64,000 nt of DNA from NCBI GenBank assembly GCA_964016885.1, contig OZ024743.1, forward strand, positions 186,558,001 through 186,622,000, given 5' to 3'. A model generated the notes under the pieces. The model did no database searches. It saw only the letters and a program-made list of their open reading frames with translations, and was not told where the DNA came from. This DNA is from Eledone cirrhosa (taxonomy: Eukaryota). Every line of letters begins with the position of its first letter. Position 1 is the first letter of the stretch. The position numbers and the translations under genes are program-made. This document shows positions 20,837 to 33,844 of this stretch, in pieces.

Positions 20837-21345
20837 CAAAATGAAAATCCGAAGGCAAGATAAAATTCCAATCATTTAATCACGACACATGTTTCAATAA
20901 GAGATAGATCGATTGTGAAGCCATGATCGATTATCACTGATCTCATCAGGTGTAAATGAATTGTCTTCAAATTCTTGATATGAGGAAGAATAATAACGAT
21001 GATTTCTTACAGAATTCATTCCCTCATTCTGTGAGAGAACATCGTAATTTTTCTCCCTCATATCAAGAATTTGAAGACAATTCATATTCACCTGATGAGA
21101 TCAGTGATAATCGATCATGACTTCACAATCGATATATCTCTTATTGAAACATGTGTCGTGATTACATGATTGGAATTTTACCTTGCCTTCGGATTTTCAT
21201 TTTGATACTTATACTCCGTTTTACAACGTCTAGCTGTTCCCTTGAATGGAATTGGAGATATACAAAAGCGTGGAGAACTTAATATTGCTAACATAAAGTT
21301 ATTGGACCATTTTACACAACCAATAATGCACCTTACTATACAACT
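20834..21345. mobile_element. Penelope-like pLTR fragment: 374-bp inverted repeat (20834-21207) with a hammerhead motif in each arm, plus a ~140-bp tail
   Basis: Arms 20834-21015 and 21026-21207 are reverse complements with a few mismatches; 10-nt spacer. Confidence 0.7.
21085..21164 (+). ncRNA. Type I hammerhead motif with long stem II; a mirror copy lies on the minus strand at about 20877-20953
   Basis: TATTCAC-CTGATGA(21092-98)-long imperfect stem II-GAAA(21146-49)-CATGTG-TC(21157)-GTGATTA. Helix III is self-complementary (dimer type). Confidence 0.65.
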
Positions 21346-21807
21346 ATATATATTATATTATATATATATATATTATATTTATATATATATATTATATTTA
21401 TATATATATATATTATATTTATATATATATATATTATATTTATATATATATATTATATTTATATATATATATATTATATTTATATATATATATTATATTT
21501 ATATATATTATATTTATATATATATATTATATATATATATATTATAATTATATATATATATTATATATATATATATTATAATTATATATATATATTATAT
21601 ATATATATATTATAATTATATATATATATTATATATATATATATTATAATTATATATATATATATTATATTTATATATATATATATATTATATTTATATA
21701 TATATATATTATATTTATATATATATATATATTATATTTATATATATATATATATTATATTTATATATATATATATATATATTATATTTATATATATATA
21801 TATATTA

Positions 21808-21873
<66 letters not shown>

Positions 21874-21897
21874 TTATATATATATATATATATATTA

Positions 21898-21973
<76 letters not shown>

Positions 21974-22139
21974 TTATATATATATATTATATTTATATAT
22001 ATATATTATATTTATATATATATATTATATATATATATATATATTATATATATATATATATATTATATTTATATATATATATTATATTTATATATATATA
22101 TTATATTTATATATATATATTATATATATATATTATATT

Positions 22140-22173
<34 letters not shown>

Positions 22174-22235
22174 ATATTTATATATATATATTATATTTAT
22201 ATATATATATATAATATTTATATATATATATATAA

Positions 22236-22276
<41 letters not shown>

Positions 22277-22323
22277 TATATATATAATATATATATATAT
22301 ATAATATTTATATATATATATAT

Positions 22324-22417
<94 letters not shown>

Positions 22418-22531
22418 TATATGATATATATATATAATATATATATATATAATATACATATATAATATATATATATAATATATATATATATGATATATAT
22501 ATAATATATATATATATGATATATATATATA

Positions 22532-25500
22532 ATCATCATCATCATCATCATCACCGTTTTACGTCCGTTCTTCCACGCTAGCATGGGTTAGACGGGTTGT
22601 CCTGTTGTGGGCAGTGTCTGGTCGGCTGACCATGCCTTGCTCATACAGGAACTGATCTGGCTTGATTTCTACAGCTGGATGCCCTTCCTAACACCAACCT
22701 CATTTACAGTGAGTGCTGGGTGCTTTTTCGTGGCGCCTACACGTCCACTTTACAGTGTGGGCTGGGTGCTTTTTTGCCGTGGCACCTCCACGACCACCTT
22801 GCGGTGGGGGGGGGGGGGGGGGGCATATTGTTTATATGCTTCAGCATGTACCCATGGGAGGTCGGGTACCCTGTATTACTGCGTGACGCCAGAAGTCACG
22901 GTCGTGTGTCATTGACTTTGAGAGGTGTAGTTGGGTAAGGTCGGCTTTTATCACCTCATCCCAAGTCATCTTGGGTCTCCCCACTCCGCGGTTTCCATCA
23001 ACTTCTAGTGCTCTGCACCTTTTTATGCAGCTGTCATCCTTCATACGCATCACATGTCCATACCAGCGTAACCGCCTCTCCTGCACGCAGCATTTGATTC
23101 CTCTTATGCTCAGTCTCTCTCTCAATTCATTTATGCTTTGTCGTTCACGTATATTACTGTTACACATCCATCGGAGCATGCAGGCTTCGTTTCTCTCTAA
23201 TCTACGTAAGTCTTCCACCTTCAGCGCCCAGGTCTCACTACCATGCAACATCGCTGTTCGGATACACGCATCATACAGTCTGCCTTTCATTCTGAGGGAG
23301 AAGCCTTTTGCAGCTAGCAGTGGTAGTAGTTCCCTAAACTTCTTCCATCCCGTTCTTACCCTAGTTATTGTACTTTCTGAGCACCCACCTCCGTTGCTAA
23401 TTCGGTCACCTAGGTAGCAGAAGCTGTCTACTGTTTCTACAGGGCCCTCCCAGAGATTGGTGGTACTTGTTTCCTGTGGCTGTTTGCTTGCTGTTTCAGC
23501 ACAGCTGCTGCATGTGAATCCTACATTCTTAATTAAGCTTCCTGAGATCCCGCTACATCTCTTGTGTACCCATTGTTTGCATTTGGGGCAGAGAATGGAG
23601 TTCCTACCTACACCTTTCCTACATACTGAGCAAGGCCATTTCCCTGAGGGGATCTGGGTTCTGTTTTCTCGTCTACTTATAAGGACCTTAGTCTTTGTCA
23701 TGTTGACTTTGAGGCCCTTTCTCTCTAGTCCCTGCTTCCAGGTTTGGAATTTATTCTCTAGTTCTACCATAGATTCAGCTATGAGTGCGAGGTCATCAGC
23801 ATACAGGAGTTCCCATGGGCATCCGGTCTTAAACTCCTCCGTTATTGCCTGCAGGACTATGATGAACAGGAGAGGGCTAAGAACAGAGCCCTGGTGGACC
23901 CCAACCTGTACGCTAAATTCCTCGCTATACTCATTGCCAATCCTAACTTTGCTGACTGCTCCCCTATACATGGCTTGTACCGCTTTCACAAGCCATTCAT
24001 CTACTCCTAGTTTTCTAAGAGCCCACCAGATTACTGCACGTGGAACTCTGTCAAAGGCTTTCTCAAGGTCGACAAATGCCAAGTAGAGTGGCTTACTTTT
24101 AGCTAGGTACTTTTCCTGTAATTGCCTCACAAGGAAGAGCGCATCAGTGGTGCCTTTCCCTGGAACAAACCCAAATTGCATCTCGTCTATATTCACCCGG
24201 TCCCTAATCAGCTGTGCTATAACTCTTTCTGTTACTTTCATGACCTGGTCCATCAACTTTATACCTCTATAGTTTCCTCTATCTAGTGCATCGCCTTTAC
24301 CTTTGTAGCAGTTGACAATGATGCTACTGCACCAATCTTTTGGTATGGCCCCCTCTAGTATTACCTGGTTAACGATACGTGTGGTTATAGTGTGACCTAC
24401 AGACCCAGATGCCTTCAGCATCTCGGCAGCTATACCCGATGGACCGGTTGCCTTCCCTATCTTCATATCTCTGATTGCCTTACTTACTACGCTGCCGCTG
24501 ACTTGTACTGCTGGTCCCTCTATAGGGTCTACGTGGGGTAGGGTCTCTTCTTCCCATGCATTCTCCTCATTTAGTAATCTATCATAATGACTCTTCCATG
24601 CATCTTTCTTCTCAGCACTTGTGAGGGCAAGCTCACCTTTATCATTCCGGATACACTTCTCTCCAATGACATCACAACTATCTCTGACACACTGCCTCGC
24701 AATCTTGAATACCTCCTGTTTCTGGTCCTCACGTTGTAAAACATGCTTGAATTTTCTATCCTCTGCTTCCCTCCTAGCTAAGTATACTTGTCGCCTAGCT
24801 TCCCTCTTGGTCTCTATGTAATGTACCCTGCTCCCCCCGTTCTTCCATTCTTTCCATGCCTGTCTCTTGGCCTTGACTGCTTCATCTACCTTATTGTTCC
24901 ACCACCAAGTCACTCTCCTCCTGCTTGAGGTCTTACTCCAGCCACAAACCTCATCCGTCGCCTCTAGTAAGTTATTTTTTAGGAACTCCCAGTTCTCTTC
25001 TACGTTAAATGTCTCTATCTGTTCTTCTTTACTGTCGTAGGCGTTGAGTAAAATATCTTTAAATCTGTTACTGGTTGAGGGGACTTTCAGCTTCCAGATC
25101 TTTCTTCTCCAGGTTGGCCTCTGTTTCAGGGCTCGTCTAGTTCTGACCGTGAGGTCGCTGACAACTAAGCTATGTTGGGATGTACATTCCTCACTAGGGA
25201 AGGCTTTTGTGTTTACGACCGTCCATCTGTCACGTCCTCTGATGAGGATAAAATCTAACTGACTAGAGTGCTCCCCTGATCTATAGGTGATCAGGTGGTT
25301 GTCGGGTTTTTTAAAGTTTGTGTTACATATCGACATGTCATTGGCGTCGCAGAATTCTAGAAGTCTGAATCCTTCCTCATTCCTTGTGCCAACTCCATGG
25401 CCTCCATGTACTCTATTGAAGCCGTCGCAGTGTTTACCTACGTGTCCGTTAAAATCTCCTGCAATGATTAGGAAGTCCTTGTCGTCTGTTAGAGCAGTAG

Positions 25501-25725
25501 TGTGTATTAGGGACTCGTAAAACCTATCCTTAAGTTCGTCTGGCAGCCCCGATTGGGGTGCGTAAGCTGATATTATTGTGGTAATTGTCTTATTCAGGAC
25601 TAGTCTGAGTTTAATGATTCTTGCATTTACCCTGTACACTGAGATTACTTTATCTACCCACTTGTCAGCTAATAGTATACCTACACCACCCATCCCATCG
25701 TCATTTCCCACCCAGAAAAATTTTA
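22532..25725 (-). mobile_element. Near-full-length RTE-clade LINE, 5'-truncated within the APE endonuclease
   Basis: Uninterrupted ORF, ~310-bp 3'UTR, (GAT)n tail, TA repeats on both sides. Confidence 0.95.
22841..25711 (-). CDS. RTE APE endonuclease/reverse transcriptase (956 aa, N-truncated) with an inserted PHD-type finger
   Basis: [31 protein letters not shown]; [60 protein letters not shown]. Confidence 0.93.
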   Translation of the reverse strand: MGNDDGMGGVGILLADKWVDKVISVYRVNARIIKLRLVLNKTITTIISAYAPQSGLPDELKDRFYESLIHTTALTDDKDFLIIAGDFNGHVGKHCDGFNRVHGGHGVGTRNEEGFRLLEFCDANDMSICNTNFKKPDNHLITYRSGEHSSQLDFILIRGRDRWTVVNTKAFPSEECTSQHSLVVSDLTVRTRRALKQRPTWRRKIWKLKVPSTSNRFKDILLNAYDSKEEQIETFNVEENWEFLKNNLLEATDEVCGWSKTSSRRRVTWWWNNKVDEAVKAKRQAWKEWKNGGSRVHYIETKREARRQVYLARREAEDRKFKHVLQREDQKQEVFKIARQCVRDSCDVIGEKCIRNDKGELALTSAEKKDAWKSHYDRLLNEENAWEEETLPHVDPIEGPAVQVSGSVVSKAIRDMKIGKATGPSGIAAEMLKASGSVGHTITTRIVNQVILEGAIPKDWCSSIIVNCYKGKGDALDRGNYRGIKLMDQVMKVTERVIAQLIRDRVNIDEMQFGFVPGKGTTDALFLVRQLQEKYLAKSKPLYLAFVDLEKAFDRVPRAVIWWALRKLGVDEWLVKAVQAMYRGAVSKVRIGNEYSEEFSVQVGVHQGSVLSPLLFIIVLQAITEEFKTGCPWELLYADDLALIAESMVELENKFQTWKQGLERKGLKVNMTKTKVLISRRENRTQIPSGKWPCSVCRKGVGRNSILCPKCKQWVHKRCSGISGSLIKNVGFTCSSCAETASKQPQETSTTNLWEGPVETVDSFCYLGDRISNGGGCSESTITRVRTGWKKFRELLPLLAAKGFSLRMKGRLYDACIRTAMLHGSETWALKVEDLRRLERNEACMLRWMCNSNIRERQSINELRERLSIRGIKCCVQERRLRWYGHVMRMKDDSCIKRCRALEVDGNRGVGRPKMTWDEVIKADLTQLHLSKSMTHDRDFWRHAVIQGTRPPMGTC

Positions 25726-25807
25726 TATTTATATATATATATATATTATATTTATATATATATATATTTATATATATATATATATTATATTTATATATAT
25801 ATATATT

Positions 25808-25871
<64 letters not shown>

Positions 25872-25876
25872 ACATT

Positions 25877-26006
<130 letters not shown>

Positions 26007-26145
26007 TTATATATATATATTATATTTATATATATATATATATATATTTTATATTTATATACATATATATATATTTTATATTTATATATATATAAAGATA
26101 TTATATTTATATATATAGATATTATATTTATATATATATATATTA

Positions 26146-26197
<52 letters not shown>

Positions 26198-26282
26198 TTA
26201 TATATATATATATTATATATATATATATATATTATATTTATATATATATATATTATATATATATATATATATATTATATATC

Positions 26283-27300
26283 TCTCTAAGGCGGGTAAAA
26301 TTCCCGAGATCCATGGACGAGTTCTCTCCAGCGGTCTCTGTCCCTCATTATCGCTGCCGTATCCTGCATCTCCAACAGACCAGTGTCTGTCCTTAGGGCA
26401 TCAACATATGTTAACCTTGGTCTTCCTCTTCTAGTGTGTCCATGTAGGGGCTCCCAAAGGAGCACTGAGTGCAATGTCAACTCTGGATGTCGGTGAGCAT
26501 GTCCAGCCAACCTCAGTCTCCTCTGTGTCACTTTTGAGCTGACTTTTGGGATGCTCCCATACAGCTCTGAGTTTTTCATCCTCAGTGTATACTGATTAAT
26601 GTTCAGAGCCATCCTCAGCATTCTCGTGTAGCACCCATCCACCATCTGAGTGAGTCTCTTGGTCAGTGTCCAAGTTTCAGACCCATACAGCAGCACAGAC
26701 TCCACTACAGCAATGAAGAGGCGGATTTTCAGGTCTCTACGAAGGTCCGACTTCCACACCGATCTCAAGCTGTGACACGCCGCCCAGGCCTTGCTCTTCC
26801 TCTCAACAACATCATCTTCCGTATTCCCAATCTTTGCTCCCAAATACAGGAAGTCCTCAACCAATTCCAGCGGCTTCCCGCCTACATTAGTGATCCCCTC
26901 TGGCTTCTCAACATTCTCTACCAGATATTTTGTTTTAGTCTCATTCATTCTCAGCCCCACACTCATCGACACAGTCTCAACCTCCCGCATCAAATCCTCT
27001 ACCTCCTTCACTGTATTTGTCACCAAAACTATGTCGTCGGCAAATTCAGCATCCGATACCTTTTTCGCCCCAACTCTCCTGCGCTGAGCCGGTGCTACAG
27101 TAAAGCCAGAGTCCTGGTGTTTCTCCAGTGCAAGGCGCATACAATAGTCCACTACGATGATAAAAAGGTAGGGAGCCAATGTATCTCCCTGGAGCACTCC
27201 AGCCAGTATCTCAAAGAACTCTGTCATCCCATCAGGTGTAATGACTTGGGCTTTGGTGTTGGTGTAGAGCAGTGATATCAGGTCCACTATCCTCTTGGGA
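26283..27300 (-). mobile_element. 5'-truncated RTE-like LINE of a second family (no PHD insert), ORF intact over 333 aa
   Basis: GVLQGDTLAPYLF, FADDIVL, FLYLG, LLYGSETW, RRLRLAGH, GRPRLTY. Confidence 0.9.
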
Positions 27301-27321
27301 TATATTATATATATATATTAT

Positions 27322-27370
<49 letters not shown>

Positions 27371-27438
27371 TATATATATATATATTATATATATATTATA
27401 TATATATATATTATATTTATATATATATATATTATATT

Positions 27439-27469
<31 letters not shown>

Positions 27470-27477
27470 ATTATATT

Positions 27478-27514
<37 letters not shown>

Positions 27515-27520
27515 TATATT

Positions 27521-27557
<37 letters not shown>

Positions 27558-27559
27558 TA

Positions 27560-27597
<38 letters not shown>

Positions 27598-27598
27598 T

Positions 27599-27629
<31 letters not shown>

Positions 27630-27701
27630 ATATTATATATATATATATATTATATCTATATATATATATTATATATATATTATATATATATATATTATAT
27701 T

Positions 27702-27755
<54 letters not shown>

Positions 27756-27765
27756 ATATTATATT

Positions 27766-27802
<37 letters not shown>

Positions 27803-27804
27803 TA

Positions 27805-27844
<40 letters not shown>

Positions 27845-27845
27845 T

Positions 27846-27876
<31 letters not shown>

Positions 27877-28002
27877 ATATTATATATATATATATATTAT
27901 ATCTATATATATATATTATATATATATTATATATATATATATTATATATATATATACTATATATATATATACTATATATATATTATATATATATATACTA
28001 TA

Positions 28003-28127
<125 letters not shown>

Positions 28128-28185
28128 GGAATATGCTAATAAGCATAAAAACAAAGGAATCAATTTCAAAAAGGAAGTTACTTAC

Positions 28186-28317
28186 CAGGATAAATCCTCA
28201 TGAAGCCAACAGCGCTACCAAAGTATTGCCAAGACAAATTTGTGTCATTCTCTTTATTCTCTTTGAAGACCTTGTCTAAGGCTCGAGTCCATTGTACTCC
28301 ATTGAGAACATCAAGAG
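28186..28317 (-). CDS. cacna2d: Exon (132 bp, phase 1/1) of alpha2/delta: [43 protein letters not shown]
   Basis: ttttttcag acceptor, gtaag donor, hallmark W...LD.VF..N...D..L.WQYFGS..GFMR.YP motif. In frame with the preceding exon across an 88-bp intron. Confidence 0.93.
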
Positions 28318-28405
28318 CTGAAAAAAAAACTGCATGTTAATAGCAATGACAGCAATAGATGTATAATTATTTTAGTGGTAGATGAAAGGGAGGAAGATAT
28401 CTTAC

Positions 28406-28589
28406 TTTTGTGGTATACATAGGTGGCTACATGGACTGTGCTTAGACTGAGATTAACACTTGTTGCGGCATATTCTAGCCGATTCTCAACATGTAAATAC
28501 TGGAAGTTCTCCATGAATGTTTGTGTGTCTTCTCCCATGACTTGTATGTCTTCATTAGTAATGAGTAGCTTGGCATTTAAATAATCTAC
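28406..28589 (-). CDS. cacna2d: Exon (184 bp, phase 0/1) of alpha2/delta: VDYLNAKLLITNED...TSVNLSLSTVHVATYVYHK
   Basis: ttctattctag acceptor, gtaag donor, open frame with Y.NAK and VN...S.VHV.T.VY motifs of the alpha2delta VWA_N region. Confidence 0.88.
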
Positions 28590-29092
28590 CTAGAATAGAA
28601 AAACAACAACAGGAAGTGAAAACAGAGAAATGAAGAATAAAGATAAAAAAAGGAACGATACATACATTAATGATCATGATAATTAAAGTAGTGATACATA
28701 GAAATAATATTTGAATTGAATTATAAGGCAGTTTAGGAAGCATTGTAATGATATTAAATTTAGAAATGACTTAAAAACCCAGACAATGCATTTGATGAAA
28801 CAAAACAGGGTTTGATTCAGATTTTCAGTCCTAAAAGACCTTCTTCGGTGAATCAGTAAATACAATTTTTTCTTTAACATGCTTGAGAAATTGTGACATG
28901 GCCAAAGGCCAGAGGAAGAATGTGAGAGAAACAGACGAAAATAAGTAGTAGAACTCAGCAGCATGTATATGTTTGTTTAGCATTGGATCAATTATATTAA
29001 TAATAACAATATCATTATACATTAATAATGGTATTGATGATGAAAGCGAGGAAGATAGATTAATACAAGCGATGATATTGGTAATGAAAATG

Positions 29093-29263
29093 ATCTGAGA
29101 TGCCATGTTCTATATATCCAGGCTAGTTGTTTTGGTCCTAAACCCAGACACTGTTGCCTGCAATGTGGAGGAGAAGAAGATAGTTAAAGACTGAGACTTG
29201 ACCACCTGCTTCCTTTTCATGCCAGTTGCTGTTGAGACTTTTGGTGTCCTTGATCTCCAGTAA
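29093..29263 (+). mobile_element. Decayed CRE-like non-LTR element, restriction-like endonuclease remnant
   Basis: I*DAM...EEKKIVKD*DLTTCFLFMPVAVETFGVL resembles the WDAT...AE..K..KY..L....F.P.AVET.G consensus. Confidence 0.55.
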
Positions 29264-29272
29264 AACGGCTGA

Positions 29273-29320
29273 TGCAGGAGTTACTGCAGGAGTTATTGCA
29301 GGAGTTACTGCAGGAGTTAT
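29273..29320 (+). repeat. 12-bp tandem repeat TGCAGGAGTTA(C/T) x4
   Basis: Alternating C/T gives a 24-bp unit x2. Confidence 0.9.
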
Positions 29321-29850
29321 TGTCTCTGAGACAATACCTTTGTTTTTTTTCTGTGGGCACAGCTGAGATATACTGCCTAGACTGGGATATAGAATATGTT
29401 GCACTTTCTCACCTTTTCTTTTATTTTTGGTATTAAATTTATTTCTCTTTTTTTCATTCATTTTTTTAAATATGCAAATGTTGATGAATTGAAAGGTTTT
29501 TCTATTTTTAAATAAGTTTTTCAGTAACAGACTAGAGAAGATATGTTCTCACTAAATTGAAAATGAAATCTTCTAACAACTCCCATGGACATCTTGAAAA
29601 ATTTGTATAGCTTCATATGGCGTAAAGTAGATGAGATAAATCTATCCCTGTATATGATGCCAGTCTATCAAAGGCATCAGTGCCTCTTATTGTGGAATGT
29701 GTTTCAATGTGTGGGTATTTGCCCCTACTTTTCTTTTTTTTATTATTCCCTCATTTTCTTCCATATTATCTCACCCATTTTTATTTCCCATTTTTTTAGT
29801 ATTGTATACATCTGCATAGTCTCTTCATTATATAAATTGTATTGACATTT

Positions 29851-30012
29851 AATAATTTTTTCTACTTTAGGCACAAGGCCAGCAATTACCCAGTTCATTA
29901 CTGGTACTTTATTTTATCGACCCCGGAAGGATGAAAGGCAAAGTCAACCTCGGCGGGATTCGAACTCAGATCGTAAAGGGACATAACTATGCTGGAAAAC
30001 ATGGCGTCCGAC
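29851..30012 (-). mobile_element. tRNA-derived SINE, family A (head truncated)
   Basis: B-box GAGTTCGAATCCC; body GACTTTGCCTTTCATCC...GGGGTCGATAAAATAAAGTACCAG. Confidence 0.85.
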
Positions 30013-30589
30013 AATGTTTGTCAAATATAAAAAAGAAAACAAAACTTGCTACATAATCTTGATTTGCTGGAGTAGTGTAGAATAAATGTTTTGCCTAAAA
30101 ACAATAAAATGCTAGCAGTCAATTTGAACTTATCCAGGAGTAGGCAATCTCATACCTTAACTACTTCACCACTTCTATACTTAAATATTTATTTAATCAA
30201 GTCTTAAAGTATGAATGGAAGTAAACCATACTCGGATTGTATAGATTAATTTAAATCAGTGAACTAGATTCCGTAAAACAAATGTAGGCAACCCATTAAA
30301 AAGAATGTAGTTACATTGAAGAATACAGTTAGTATTGTTGTCTGCTGAAAACCTGAATAAAGAAATTATCAACAAACTTATGCCAAGAAAAGATATGTTA
30401 TCAAGGAACCCATAATTCAACTATATCACAGGTATATCAGGCATTTCAATATTTGTAAAGAAAGGCATGAGATTTGGAACAATTCAAAGTAATAAAGGTA
30501 TATAGATAGGTATATACGATATGTATCTGTATAATAAAATACAAGAACATTATGAATATTCTAAGCTGTGATAATATCATAAATATATC

Positions 30590-30778
30590 ATAAAGGGGTC
30601 GTGTAGGTGACATGACAAAAGGCACCCAGCACACACTGTAAGTATGGTCGGTGTTAGGAAGGGCATCCAGCTGTAGAAACCTAGTCAGAAACAGTTCCAT
30701 ATGAGTAAGACACTGTCACCTGACCAACCCATGCGAGGAAAATGGACGTTCAACAATGATGATGATGATGATGATGAT
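30590..30778 (+). mobile_element. RTE-related short element (AGGAAGGGCATCCAGC module with (GAT)n tail)
   Basis: Same module as the 3'UTRs at 8626-8890 and 22532-22800. Confidence 0.75.
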
Positions 30779-32869
30779 ATCGTATATACATCCATGTAAC
30801 CTTTATTATGAACCACGATATGTTAGTGTTACTGCTATCACCAACTCTATACACTACTGCTCAATTAATTGTCCCATTACATCAATTTGATTCCATTTTC
30901 AACTGGCAAATATATATGTCAAATACTAAGTAGACAACATTAGCCAACAAGCAATGAGTGAGCTAGTATATGGCCAATTGATCTGCTGAAAGTAGCAGCC
31001 AAATCTCCATCAAATTTCATTTTACCCTCTTGGAAAGAGGAAGGGTAGATTGATAAATGTAGTCTCAGTTCCTTTAATACTCAAGACTGATAAGGGATTA
31101 AAAAAACCAAAACCTACCACCAAGCTGGACTGACTTGGAGCTAAATCATAACAACAGTAGCCCATATTTCTAGTTCACATAATACTGCTGATTATATTGA
31201 GTCTTACTGTTGTTTAATGTCTAAATTATTTCTATCAACATAAAATACCATGATTATTATCATGATGGAAAAAGGTTAACACAATTCAAATTTGAAGTTA
31301 CTCACTATATCAAGGGTCATCCTGAAAAATGAAAAGGGTCCATGAACTTGATGTGACCCATGGGTGCCTTTCTTCACTATAAAGCTTATAAATCTACTCT
31401 CAATTGTTTGCTTCATTTTCAATGTTTCAATGAAGAGCATGAAGAAGGCAGCAGTGATGTTCATACAATTTAAGAACTTGGGAGAGTTTTAAGAAGATTA
31501 AATGTTTTTTTTTTATAAAGAAATAAATACATAAAGAAGAACAAAAAGAAATACATAAGTATGAAAGAAAGAAAATATAGGAAAATTGTAAAGCTGATTA
31601 TAAAGAAGAAAAAACTTTTTAAAATTAGAAAATCTTATAAACTAGAAAAACTTATAATAAATGAGAAAGAAGGTCAATCCCATTGATATCAAGCCACTCA
31701 AGATCACTTATTGTTCTATGAAATAAAACCACTCATTTTAAAGGATTCCAATCTGAATTAAAATTTTGCATCATAATTTGATATAAGAATCTTTTGATAA
31801 GTTATATTTCAATTACCATCTTAATAATGAAATAATTAAGAATTTTTATAAATCCCTCCAAATTTTTTATTGATTAATGATGAAAGGGTTAAATTACACA
31901 GGAAAAGAAAAAATTCCCCAAATATTAAAAATAATCATAAAGCAATAAATTTAAAAAGATTCAGATAATTAAAAGTTTTATGAAAAACAAAACAAAAATA
32001 ACAACAAACAAGCAAACTTCAAGAGAACTGTTATTGAAATTCTTCCTCCCAAGAGTTTTGGATAGGGATCTGGCAACATTTCCATTCTTGGGGGAGGAGA
32101 CAGTTAATTATATTTTAATTTATTTTGCAATCATTTTCAAAATTCTCATTCTAAACTGAAGCTAAACTATAACCTTAAATATAAAATGATAAATAAATAA
32201 TAAATATTGAACACACCCATATAACACATACACACACACATGCAACACACATTTTTAGTGTGTTTTAGAAATTTACTACAATGCCCGTTTGAAAACCAAA
32301 AATAATAGCTTCCATTTTTACCTTGCATTTTCAATATTTTGGCTTTAAAAGGCCTTTGGCAAGAAAAAATGGTGAGTGTACTTGGATCTGATCTATGCTG
32401 TGGCATAACTTTTCATCAAATGATTTCGCATGGAAAAAATTTTCATTGAGCAATTTTTTTATGGAAATGATGTCCCATCAAAACAAAATTTTATTGAATG
32501 ACGTTTCATCAAAACTACTTTACATAGAATAATTTTGTAAATATTTCCTCTTAAAACAACTTTCTATTGAACTGACTTTTTATCAAAACTACTTTTTATA
32601 TAAATATTTTATAAATAAACTTTGTACAATATTTTGAAATACAAAATAATTTGAAATATAGAATCATTTTTAATATAAACTTAAGATAGCTTTACTATCA
32701 GTAAAATTATTTTAAACAGAACTTTGAAAAATTTTACCCGTACCAATTTCATAAGTATTACAGGTAGCAGATAATTAATTATGTGATCATTGATAGTATA
32801 ATATACAGGTATAATGTTTTTTAGTCATTTGTTCACTGTAATATAATATCTTTTAGCCGTACCTTCTGT

Positions 32870-33125
32870 TTAAGGCATCTTCAACTTGCAGGTCATGTCA
32901 TAAAAAACAACAAACTTGCTACAAAACGTTTACTGTGCGAGCCCATTAATGTGAAACACAAACATGGAAGACTTCTTAAGACATTAACGAGAGTCAGTGA
33001 GGAAGAAACAGAATCATCCAGTGAAATACTGAAGCAGTTAATGTTGGATTGTGTGGGATGGAAAGGTTTTATCATATCACCACAAAAAGGTGGATGAATT
33101 TAGTATTAGTAGTAGTAATGTAATA
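32870..33125 (+). mobile_element. Decayed RTE 3' end
   Basis: LQLAGHV...LLCEP...GRLLKT...LMLD..GW, with a (TAG)n-like tail. Confidence 0.5.
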
Positions 33126-33658
33126 GCTTTTCGCTGGTGGCTTATTAAGCAATCATGTGACTGTTGATAAAAATAATTATTTTGCAGAATAATATATTTA
33201 CAAAACTATTGTAAGAAAAGTGATTTTGATGAAAACTCATTCAATGAAAAGTCATGATTTGTGCATTTGTGTGTGTGTAGGGGGAAGTCAGGGGTGTGGG
33301 GTGGAGTGGTGATGTATATGGACAAATTAGCATCCTGTAACATTTGTTAAAAATATCTGGAGCAATATCATTGGTAGGCCATTACAGCAACCATCAATGC
33401 CACAACAGAATTTTGGAAATTTAAGAATTAAGGAGGTTATCCTCATCACCATCAAGTGTAATTGTTTCCATGTTTGTCTTTTTAAATCTTGAACTATATA
33501 TATATATTTCACTACTGGATGGACGTGTATGGTCACCAACATATCAAAATGATTGCATAAGCATCTGATGAAGTCGCATGAATAACCATGTAACAGATAT
33601 ATATATGATGCAATAAACAATTATGGTGATTTAATCCCGTCTTAACAACCATTATTTG

Positions 33659-33844
33659 ATGGATTGGCAGTATCGGTAGAGGGTCAGACACCATGCTTTC
33701 CAGCATAGTTACGTCCCTTTATGATCTGAGTTCAAATCCCGCCGAGGTTGACTTTGCCTTTCATCCTCACGGGGTCGATAAAATAAAGTACCAGTAATGC
33801 ACTGGGTAATTGTTGGCCTTGTGCCTAAAGTAGAAACAATTATT
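33659..33844 (+). mobile_element. tRNA-derived SINE, family A
   Basis: A-box TGGCAGTATCGG, B-box GAGTTCAAATCCC, shared body and tail TTGTGCCTAAAGTAGAAACAATT. Confidence 0.9.

Noticed and set aside
23457-25520. Plus-strand ORFs overlapping the RTE ORF
   Set aside because: Antisense shadows of the coding frame.
31306-31321. 16-bp minus-strand microexon (ttttcag|GATGACCCTTGATATA|gtgagt)
   Set aside because: Good splice signals but it introduces an in-frame stop; cannot be told from chance without RNA data.
33659-33745. tRNA genes at the SINE heads
   Set aside because: A/B boxes are present but there is no cloverleaf; the sequence continues into the SINE body.
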